64,000 nucleotides of DNA from an uncultured Verrucomicrobiae bacterium (GTDB taxonomy: Bacteria; Verrucomicrobiota; Verrucomicrobiia; Limisphaerales; Palsa-1400), in NCBI GenBank assembly GCA_963707025.1, contig CAVPOM010000004.1, forward strand, positions 672,001 through 736,000. Reading direction: 5' to 3'. The number at the start of each line of letters is the position of its first letter. Within the stretch, counting starts at the first letter, position 1. Both the position numbers and the translations under genes were made by a program. The notes under the pieces were generated by a model, which saw nothing but the letters and a program-made list of their open reading frames with translations, was not told the origin of the DNA and did not search any database. Shown one piece after another: positions 19,666-27,952 of this stretch.

Positions 19666-21212
19666 TCAACTCACCTGCATGGAGAGGAGGAATTCGATAT
19701 TGGTGCGGATTTTTTTCAGCTTGCCCAGCAGCAGTTCCATCGCCTCCACCGGCGGGACGCCGGTCAGGGCGCGGCGCAGGATGACCACTTTGTTGTATTC
19801 GTCGGGATGGTAGAGCAGTTCCTCCTTGCGCGTGCCGGACAGTTCGATGTTGATGGAGGGGAAGATGCGCCGGTCCACCAGATGCGCGGTCCAGATTGAC
19901 CTCCATGTTGCCCGTGCCCTTGAATTCCTCAAAAATGACCTCGTCCATGCGCGAGCCGGTGTCCACCAGCGCGGTGGCGATGATGGTGAGCGAGCCGCCT
20001 TCCTCAATGTTGCGCGCCGCGCCGAAAAAGCGCTTGGGTTTGTGCAGGGCGTTGGCGTCCACCCCGCCGGACAGGATTTTGCCGGAATGCGGCTGGATGG
20101 TGTTGTAGGCGCGGGCCAGGCGGGTGATGGAGTCAAGCAGAATGACAGTGTCGCTTCTTGTGCTCGATCATGCGCTTGGCCTTTTCGATCACCATCTCCG
20201 CCACCTGGACGTGGCGCTCGGGCGGCTCGTCGAAGGTGGAGCTGATGACCTCGGCGCCGCGGCAACTGCGTTCCATGTCGGTGACTTCCTCGGGGCGCTC
20301 GTCAATCAGAAGGATGAAGAGGTAGGCTTCCGGGTTGTTCTTCAGGATGGCGTTGGCCAGCTTTTGCATCAGGACCGTTTTGCCCGTGCGCGGCGGGGCC
20401 ACGATCAGGCCGCGCGTGCCTTTGCCGATGGGGCAGACCAGGTCCAGCACGCGCGTGGAAAGTTCGTCCGGCGAGGTTTCCAGGAGGTAGCGCTTGTTGG
20501 GAAACAGCGGGGTCAGATTGTCGAAATGGGTCTTGTCTTTGGCCTTGTCCGGGTCTTCCGTGTCCACCGCCTCGACTTTGAGCAGGGCGAAGAAGCGTTC
20601 CTTGTCCTTGGGCGGGCGGATCTGGCCGGCGATGAGATTGCCGGTTTGCAGGTCGAAACGGCGGATTTGGGAGGGGGAGACGTAAATGTCCTCCGGGCAG
20701 GGGAGGTAATTGAAACTGCGCGAGCGCAGAAAGCCGAAGCCTTCGGGCAGGATTTCCAGGACGCCTTCGGAGAAGAGGACCCCCGCGCGCTCGGCATTTT
20801 TTTGCAGGATTTGGAAGATGATCTCGTGCTTGCGCATCGTGCCGAAGTTCTCGATGCCCATGTCCTGGGCCATGTGGTTGAGGTCGGCCATGGCCATGGC
20901 CTGGAGCTTGGCGATGTTCGTGGCGCCGCCGCCAGGCCCCTTGGCCGGGCGGACGGGGGATTCCTCCTCCGGGCTGGATTCGACGGCGTGGGTGGGCGGT
21001 TCCAGTTTCATTTCGGCGGGCGGCGGCGGGGCGGCCTTGCCTTTGGCGTGGGCCGGCCGGGCAGGGGACGGCCTTTCGGGCGGGGCCGCCTCCGGCGCGG
21101 GAGACGGTTCGGGCGGCGTCCCGGTCAGGGCGGCCTCTGCGGGGACAGGGGCGGCCGGAGGGGCGGTCTTGGCGCCTTTCTTTGTCACCTTTTTTGTGGC
21201 TGCTCTAGGCAT
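19666..21212 (-). CDS. rho: Transcription termination factor Rho (two apparent +1 frameshifts, ~20153 and ~19883)
   Basis: [72 protein letters not shown] spread over three frames. Confidence 0.95.
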
Positions 21213-21296
21213 GGTAAAAAAATGGATTGCCGGACCCAGGACACGGGCAGGACACCTTCCGCACTGCGGCCCAATCGGGATCAAACCTGAATTTTC

Positions 21297-23468
21297 TTAA
21301 TATGGCAAGGGATACTTTGCCGTCAACTCACGCACACGATCTCTCACCTGGCGGGCCGTGTCAAGGTTCTTAATATCCAACAAGACTTCGCTGATCATGT
21401 CCGCCACGGCGGCCATCTCCGGCTCCTTCATGCCGCGGGTGGTCACGGCCGGGGTCCCCAGCCGGATGCCGCTGGCCTGGAAGGGGGAGCGGGTCTCGAA
21501 GGGGATGGTGTTCTTGTTCACCGTGATGCCCGCTTCGTCCAGGGCGGCCTGGCATTCCTTGCCGGTCAAGCCGCGCGCGCCCACGTCCACCAGCATGAGG
21601 TGGTTGTCGGTTCCGCCGCTGACCAGGCGGAAACGGTTGTGGATCATGCCTTCGGCCAGGGCCTGGGCGTTTTTGAGGATTTGCTCCTGATACTCGCGAA
21701 AGGCCGGCTGCAAGGCCTCCAGGAAACAGACGGCCTTGGCGGCAATGACATGCATGAGCGGTCCGCCTTGAATGCCGGGAAAGATCTGGGAGTCAATCTC
21801 CTTGGCGTATTTCTCCTTGCACAGCACCAGCCCGCCGCGCGGCCCGCGCAGGGTTTTATGGGTGGTGGTGGTGACAAAATCGGCGTGTTCCACCGGGCTG
21901 GGATGCAGCCCCGCCGCCACCAATCCGGCGATGTGGGCGATGTCGGCCAGCAGCCAGGCTCCCACCTCCCGGGCGATCTGGCCCATCCGCTGAAAATCAA
22001 TGATGCGCGGATAGGCGCTGGCGCCCACGGTGATCATGCGCGGACGGTGTTGCTGCGCCATTTTCTGCAATTGATCGTAATCAATCCGCTCATCCTCCTT
22101 GCGCACGCCGTAGTGGACGATTTCAAAAAAGCGGCCGGAGAAATTGGCCTTGTTGCCGTGGGTCAGGTGGCCGCCGTGGGAAAGGTCCATGGTCAGCATC
22201 TTATCGCCCGGCTTGAGCATGGCAAAGTAAACGGCCATGTTGGCCTGGCTGCCGGAATGGGGCTGGACGTTGGCATGCTCGGCGCCGAAGAGTTTTTTGG
22301 CCCGCTCGATGGCCAGCCGCTCCACCGTGTCCATGTGCTCGCAGCCGCCGTACCAGCGTTTGCCGGGGTAGCCCTCGGCGTATTTGTTGGTCAGAACCGA
22401 ACCTTGCGCCTCCAGGACGGCGGGGCTGACAAAGTTCTCGCTGGCGATCAATTCGATGTTTTCCTGCTGGCGCTGTTTTTCCAGAAAGAGCGCGTCGGCG
22501 ATGTCGGGATCCACGCTGCGCAGGCGGAGCGGGGCGGGGGTGGGGTTGTGTATTTCCATTTTATTGACACGACTCTGGTGCCGGCCCCCCTCAAAGGAGG
22601 TGGACAGAAAGATGTCGAGGATTTTGACCGCCCGGTCGGGGGGGGTGGTGCCCGCGCCCAGGCAGAGAATATTGGCGTCGTGGTGCTGGCGGCAGAGCGC
22701 GGCCATGGACTCATCGAAGACCAGCGCGGCGCGCGCGCCGGGGATTTTGTTGGCGGAAATGCTGACGCCAATCCCCGTCGCGCACACCAGCAGGCCAAAA
22801 ACGCTTTTGCGGGCCGCCACCTGCTCGCCCACCGCGTGGCCCAATTCGGTCGCGTCGCACGTTTCGGCGGAAGGCGTCCCCAAATCCACCAGCGAAATGC
22901 CGGAGGCCTGCAGATGCTGCTTGAGATGTTCCTTGAGGGCGAAGCCCGCCTGATCGGAGCCCAGGGCGATGCGGCTCTCCGGCGCGGCGCCGGCCGTCTC
23001 CGGGGCCTGGGCGGTTTGTTCCATGAATTTGAGCATGGAGAGAATCCCCTGCTCGATCTGGTCGCGGCAATAGGTGTAGGTTTCGTAGGAGCCGCCGATG
23101 GGATCGCCGATGTCCTTCTCAAAGTCATCCAGCGTCTCGTCAAATTCGCGCAGCAAAAAAGTCTTTTCCACCGCCTGCGGAAACAGCAGGTTGATCGAAT
23201 CCACATGGCTGTGGGTCATCCCGAAAATATAATCCGCCTGCTCCACCAGTTCCTGAGTGAGCATGCGGCTGCGCAGGTTGGCAATGTCAATGCCCAGTTC
23301 GCGCAGCGCCCGCACCGCATGGACCGTCGGCGGCTGGCCGTCCACGGCGCCGACCCCGGCCGAGAGGGCCTGGAAATCATGGCGGCCCCGCACGGCGTGC
23401 TGGAAGAGTCCTTCGGCCATCGGGCTGCGGCAAACATTGCCGGTGCAAACAAATAAAATTGTCTTCAT
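21297..23468 (-). CDS. glyA: Triple fusion: low-molecular-weight protein phosphatase + RpiB-like domain + serine hydroxymethyltransferase
   Basis: CTGNVCRS and DIGDPIG (LMW-PTP); GSDQAG, CATGIG, ANKIPG, FEGGRH (RpiB); [27 protein letters not shown] (SHMT) in one uninterrupted frame. Confidence 0.92.
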   Translation of the reverse strand: MKTILFVCTGNVCRSPMAEGLFQHAVRGRHDFQALSAGVGAVDGQPPTVHAVRALRELGIDIANLRSRMLTQELVEQADYIFGMTHSHVDSINLLFPQAVEKTFLLREFDETLDDFEKDIGDPIGGSYETYTYCRDQIEQGILSMLKFMEQTAQAPETAGAAPESRIALGSDQAGFALKEHLKQHLQASGISLVDLGTPSAETCDATELGHAVGEQVAARKSVFGLLVCATGIGVSISANKIPGARAALVFDESMAALCRQHHDANILCLGAGTTPPDRAVKILDIFLSTSFEGGRHQSRVNKMEIHNPTPAPLRLRSVDPDIADALFLEKQRQQENIELIASENFVSPAVLEAQGSVLTNKYAEGYPGKRWYGGCEHMDTVERLAIERAKKLFGAEHANVQPHSGSQANMAVYFAMLKPGDKMLTMDLSHGGHLTHGNKANFSGRFFEIVHYGVRKEDERIDYDQLQKMAQQHRPRMITVGASAYPRIIDFQRMGQIAREVGAWLLADIAHIAGLVAAGLHPSPVEHADFVTTTTHKTLRGPRGGLVLCKEKYAKEIDSQIFPGIQGGPLMHVIAAKAVCFLEALQPAFREYQEQILKNAQALAEGMIHNRFRLVSGGTDNHLMLVDVGARGLTGKECQAALDEAGITVNKNTIPFETRSPFQASGIRLGTPAVTTRGMKEPEMAAVADMISEVLLDIKNLDTARQVRDRVRELTAKYPLPY

Positions 23469-23525
23469 TCCTGCCATTACGCCGTCAAACCTTGCGCGGT
23501 GCCCGGAGCATCGTCAATCCAAGAA

Positions 23526-24593
23526 TCATCCCGGATGGGGTTTCTGGACGACGGCCAGGCCCTTGAGCAAGTCCAAGGCTCGCGCCAGAACGGGATCGCG
23601 CACGATTTTTAGGTTGGGGTCGCTTTGCAGACGCCCGGCGCCGCCAAACTCCGCTTCCAGGTCCGCCCCGTCGCGCTGTTCCCGCACCAACTCCGCTTCA
23701 TTGAAACGCCGGAAAGAACCCTCATTGGTCTGCGGCATCCCGGCGGCAACGTTGGTCGCGACCGCATTGGTTTTTCCAGCCTGGCCGGGCACCTGCCAGG
23801 GGTGCTCCCAATAAGCTTTTTCATCCTCCGGATTTGTTTTCACCACGATATCCGGCGTGATGCCGCCGCGGAAGACCGTGCCGTCGCCCAGCTTGATTTC
23901 GCCCACGGCGATGCGCAATTTGCCGCCGTCGTTCAGCGGAAAATCCTGGAACAGGCCGGCCCGGCCCGCGGACTCCGTTCCCAGCAGCAGCCCGGTGCGC
24001 GTTTGGCGCAAGACCGCCGCCAGCCCTTCCGCCGCCTCGCTGGTCTGGGAATTGATCAGCGCGGCCAGCGGCACGGTGATGGCATTATCCTTTTTGGTGG
24101 AACGCGCCGTGACACCCCCGAACTCCAGCAACGGCTCGTCGGCATTGAGAAAACAATCCGCCGCCGCCGCCGCCGCGGCAAAATCCGTGCCGCCGGCGAA
24201 CCGCAAATCCAGAACCACTCCTTTAATCTTGGATTTGTTGGTCGCGGCCATATCCCGGTACGACGCCATCAGTTGGCTGGCCAGATTGGTCTCCACTTTG
24301 AGCACGCGAAAATAAGCGTAGGAATCGTCGTAAATAACGGACTTGCCCAGCGTGGAAGGGGCGGGGGCCTCTTCGCCGGCCGCGGCCGCGCCGACCAGCA
24401 TGGCGCCCGACTTGAGTTGTGCCAGCAACCCCTTCACCGCCGCGCGGTTCAAGTCCGCTTCGCTTGCTCCGTTGAGGTGGGCGCGCAACAACTGGTAAAT
24501 CTCGTCGAATTTCGGCAGTTCGTTGGTGGAACCGCCCACGGCGGCGCCGGCCGCCATCAAGAATAAAATGGAAACACAATGTTTTATCTTCAA
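23526..24593 (-). CDS. S41 (tail-specific protease) family homolog, apparently catalytically degenerate, no PDZ
   Basis: GVVLDLRFAGG, LINSQTSEAAE, LLGTESAGRA, GGITPDIVV, DPVLARALDLL; TTG start at 24593 inferred. Confidence 0.7.
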   Translation of the reverse strand: MKIKHCVSILFLMAAGAAVGGSTNELPKFDEIYQLLRAHLNGASEADLNRAAVKGLLAQLKSGAMLVGAAAAGEEAPAPSTLGKSVIYDDSYAYFRVLKVETNLASQLMASYRDMAATNKSKIKGVVLDLRFAGGTDFAAAAAAADCFLNADEPLLEFGGVTARSTKKDNAITVPLAALINSQTSEAAEGLAAVLRQTRTGLLLGTESAGRAGLFQDFPLNDGGKLRIAVGEIKLGDGTVFRGGITPDIVVKTNPEDEKAYWEHPWQVPGQAGKTNAVATNVAAGMPQTNEGSFRRFNEAELVREQRDGADLEAEFGGAGRLQSDPNLKIVRDPVLARALDLLKGLAVVQKPHPG

Positions 24594-24650
24594 GGTGGAG
24601 AATCTACTGTGTTGTTCGGTGATTTTCAAGCACTCGCGCAACGGCGGTGT

Positions 24651-24739
24651 CTTAATCTTAATCCTAATCTTAATCTTAATCTCCTTCGCGTGCGATCTAT
24701 TGAGCCGGATTAAGATTAAGATTACGAGCAAGATTAAGA
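24651..24739. repeat. Inverted hexamer arrays (CTTAAT)n ... (GATTAA)n
   Basis: cttaatcttaatcctaatcttaatcttaat then gattaagattaagattacgagcaagattaag. Confidence 0.85.
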
Positions 24740-26035
24740 AAACTCCCGCGCAGGGCCTTGGCGCCAATATCCCTTCTGAACTGCGCGCCGTCGAATTTAA
24801 TTTTTGCCACCGCCTGGTAGGCCCGGTCGCGGGCCGCTTAGCCCGAGGTCCCAGGCCGTCACCCCGAGCACTCGCCCGCCCTGGGTGACAATCCCTTCCC
24901 CTTGCGGCGCGACGCCGGCATGGAAAATCTTGGTCTTGGCCAGCGCGCCCGCTTCGGCCAGGCCGCGGATGAGCGCGCCTTTGGCCGGAGTCCCGGGATA
25001 GCCGGCCGCGGCCATGACCACGCAGACGGCCGCTTCGGGCCGCCAGCGCAACTCCATTTTCTCCAAAACCCCGTCCACGCTGGCCTCCAGCAAATCCAGC
25101 AAGTCATTCTCCAAGCGTGTCAAATAAACCTGTGTCTCCGGGTCGCCGAAACGGGCGTTGAACTCCAGGACTTTCGGGCCGTCCCTGGTCAGCATCACGC
25201 CCGGATATAAAATGCCGCGAAAATCAATTCCCTCCTCTTCGCACCCCCGCAGCCACGGCTCCAGAATTTTTCTGCCGGCCTCCGCCAGTTCCATTTCGTT
25301 CAAAAAGGGCGCGGGCGAATAAGCGCCCATCCCGCCGGTGTTGGGGCCGGCGTCGTTTTCCCCGAGCCGCTTGTGGTCCTGCGCGGCGGGAAAAAGCCTG
25401 GCCGTTTTTCCGTCGCAGAGCGCGTGCAGCGAAATCTCCATTCCTTCCAGCAATTCCTGGATGACGACCTGCAGGCCGGCCGCGCCGAATTTTTGTCCGA
25501 GCATGATTTCATCCACCGCCAGGGCCGCCTCCGCCGGGTTGTGGCATATCATGACGCCTTTGCCCAGGGCCAGCCCATCGGCTTTGACGGCGCAGCGCCC
25601 GTGGAGCGCCGCCGCAAAATCCCGGGCCGCGCCGGCCTCGGAGAAAGTTCCGGCCTGCGCCGTCGGAATGCCATATTTCTCCATGAATTTTTGCGCGAAC
25701 ACCTTGGAGGACTCAAACTGGGCTGCTTTCCGGTTCGGCCCCCAGATGCGCAGACCATTGGCCTGGAACAAGTCCACCACGCCCAGGGCCAGCGGATTGT
25801 CCGGGCCAACCACCGTCAGAGCCGCCTTTTTTTCCAGCGCGAAGGCCAGCAAGGAGGGCAGATCGTCGGCGGCGATGGCAGCGCATTGCACCGGGGCGCC
25901 ATCCCGCGCCAGGTGTTCCTGGGCGATGCCGGCATTGCCGGGGGCGCACCACAATTGGGTGATGCGCGGCGACTGCGCCAGTTTCCAAACCAGGGCGTGT
26001 TCGCGTCCGCCCGAACCGAGGACCAAAACATTCAT
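24697..26035 (-). CDS. purD: Phosphoribosylamine--glycine ligase (frameshift near 24840)
   Basis: VLGSGGREHAL, KADGLALGKGV, QDHKR, GPNTGGMGAYSP, EFNARFGDPETQ, GGRVLGV; true C-terminus AARDRAYQAVAKIKFDGAQFRRDIG in another frame ending TAG at 24697. Confidence 0.95.
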
Positions 26036-26082
26036 CGCAGCGGATTGAAGCAGGAAGCGGGGAAGTTGGCCAGATTGCAGTT

Positions 26083-26343
26083 TCAAAAACGCTTATTGTA
26101 GTCCTCATGAGTTCCAATCCATTCCCAGAGGAAGAAATCGCCGGTAAACTTGCCCACAGCGCGATAGTGCTCGCCTACCCTTGCGGACCAATTGGGTTTC
26201 TGGATTGGTTTAAAGTGAAGCGAGGGGTGGAACGCATTTGCTGACCAGAGTTGATAGTTCTTCTGAGCCAGCCGTCTCATGTCAGCAGGCAGGGCGCGAT
26301 AAAGCCGCCAGAATTCAGGCGAGCCGCGGCTGGAAATAGTCAC
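26083..26343 (-). CDS. RelE/ParE-like type II toxin
   Basis: FWRLYRALP...HPSLHFK...WSARVGEHYRAVG...WEWIGTHEDY; basic 86 aa; GTGA overlap with upstream gene. Confidence 0.8.
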   Translation of the reverse strand: MTISSRGSPEFWRLYRALPADMRRLAQKNYQLWSANAFHPSLHFKPIQKPNWSARVGEHYRAVGKFTGDFFLWEWIGTHEDYNKRF

Positions 26344-26561
26344 GGCTCGTGGAGAATGTCGCTGAGGGGAAGCGTTTTGCCTTCGGCGTGGGCAGTATCA
26401 GCCTCGAGGTTGAGGGAAGCGAATTTGCCCGCGACACCGTCGGCTTTCATCTGGCGGTCCCAATCGTCATCGGTCCAACCGCACAGTTCAGCGGTGATTT
26501 CAGCGCGTTCTGCCACAGAAAGCATCTGGATGGCCCTCCTGATGGACTCAACCGTACTCAT
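26340..26561 (-). CDS. Putative antitoxin
   Basis: Small acidic helical protein MSTVESIRRAIQMLS...DDDWDRQMKADGVAGK directly upstream of the toxin. Confidence 0.75.
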   Translation of the reverse strand: MSTVESIRRAIQMLSVAERAEITAELCGWTDDDWDRQMKADGVAGKFASLNLEADTAHAEGKTLPLSDILHEP

Positions 26562-26829
26562 TGTTCAAAATATGCCCTGGAAAGCAGCGGCGCGCAACGG
26601 TGATTTTAGCCTGTCCGCCCGCAGAGCGTCAGGCATGTTCGGGCGGGAAAGCCCGGGCCGGCAGTCCGCTCGCCGCCGGCGGGCATTTGCGCAGGAATCA
26701 ACGTCGCACTCTTGTCGTGCGGCGGGGCCCGATAATTCGAGACCCGCCGTACCTCCGATGACTGACGCCTTGCGTCCACCCCAATTTCACCGCTTGACAC
26801 CATTCCGCCCCGCTTGTTAGCGTCGCTCC

Positions 26830-27729
26830 ATGAAGAATTGCAGCCGTCAAATTTTTCCCGCCCGCGCAACGTCTCAAATGAATTTCCTGTCCCGGCCCCT
26901 TCGCGCCCTTGGGACGTGCGGATTGAGTTTGCTGCTCGGCCTGGCCGCCTCCTGGCCGGCGCCGACGGCATTGGCCCAGGGCACCAACGCCGCAGCCGCG
27001 CCCGTGGCCGCCAAGCCGGGCGCGGTGCAGACGGCGGGCGAATTGGTCGTGAGCCTCGACGCGCGCGACCCCAGCGCCGGCACGACCAATTGGATCAACC
27101 AGGGCACGATGGGCAATTTCACCCGCCTTGGCGCGCCCAAGGTGGCGAAGACCGGCGGCCAGCCGGCGGTGGAGTTCAACGGCAAGAGCGACGCCTATCG
27201 CAGCCAGAAGCCGGCCCCGGCCACCATCACCGGCGCGCACGCCCGCTCCGTCGAAGTGTGGGTTTACAATCCGAGCCTGGACTCCACCGAGGAATGCATG
27301 GTGGCGTGGGGCCATCGCGGCACGACCCTGGCCAACCTGTCTTTCAATTACGGATCGGGCGGCGGCTTCAGCGCCGTGACCCATTACGATCAAGACATGG
27401 GCTGGGGTGATGATCCTCCCGCCCCAGCCCAGTGGCACCACCTGGTTTATACTTACAACGGCAAGACGGCCAAAATCTATGACAATGGGGTGGAGCGCGG
27501 CTCGGAGGACTTCGAGCTGGCGACCGCCGCCAACAACCGGATGAACATCGCGGTGGAGAACAGCACCGAGGGCGAGCCGCTTTTCGAGAGCGAGTTCGCC
27601 GACAACTGGGCCTTGTCGCTTTCAGGCTCCATCGCCCTGGTGCGCGTCCACAGCGGCGCGCTGACGGCGGACCAAGTCAAGACGAACTTCAACGCGGACA
27701 AGGCGCGGTTCGGCATGGGCGCGCCGTAG
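26830..27729 (+). CDS. Secreted LamG-like (ConA jellyroll) domain protein
   Basis: Signal peptide ending ALA-Q; RSVEVWV, QWHHLVYTYNG, KIYDNG, GSIALVRVHSGALTADQV; start 26830 or 26878. Confidence 0.8.
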   Translation: MKNCSRQIFPARATSQMNFLSRPLRALGTCGLSLLLGLAASWPAPTALAQGTNAAAAPVAAKPGAVQTAGELVVSLDARDPSAGTTNWINQGTMGNFTRLGAPKVAKTGGQPAVEFNGKSDAYRSQKPAPATITGAHARSVEVWVYNPSLDSTEECMVAWGHRGTTLANLSFNYGSGGGFSAVTHYDQDMGWGDDPPAPAQWHHLVYTYNGKTAKIYDNGVERGSEDFELATAANNRMNIAVENSTEGEPLFESEFADNWALSLSGSIALVRVHSGALTADQVKTNFNADKARFGMGAP

Positions 27730-27872
27730 CTCGGCCCTCAAGCAATGAACTCAATCACCCGTGGCCAGCCGCCTTGAACCGCCGGGCGAACAAGAGTGAT
27801 GGACTATCCGAGTGTCTGCGTCTCACTGTATAACAGGGCGGTTTAAGAAACTGTGCCGCCCTAAATGAGGAT

Positions 27873-27927
27873 GGTAGGGCGCGCACTCCGTGCGCGCCGC
27901 GGCGGGCAACGGAGTGCCCGCCCCGCC
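27873..27927. repeat. GTAG-type REP doublet between convergent genes
   Basis: ggtagggcgcgcactccgtgcgcgcc followed by inverted ggcgggcaacggagtgcccgccccgcc. Confidence 0.7.
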
Positions 27928-27952
27928 GTCCATGACGGACGCGCCTTGCGCC

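Noticed and set aside
19666..21212. Programmed frameshifting or pseudogenisation of rho (also secA and purD)
   Set aside because: No slippery heptamers at the breaks, and similar indels occur across unrelated genes, so sequencing error is the simpler explanation
24594..24767. N-terminal extension of the S41 homolog (LILLVILILI...IKIKIRIKIK)
   Set aside because: It is simply the translation of the hexamer repeat arrays and overlaps the repaired purD 3' end
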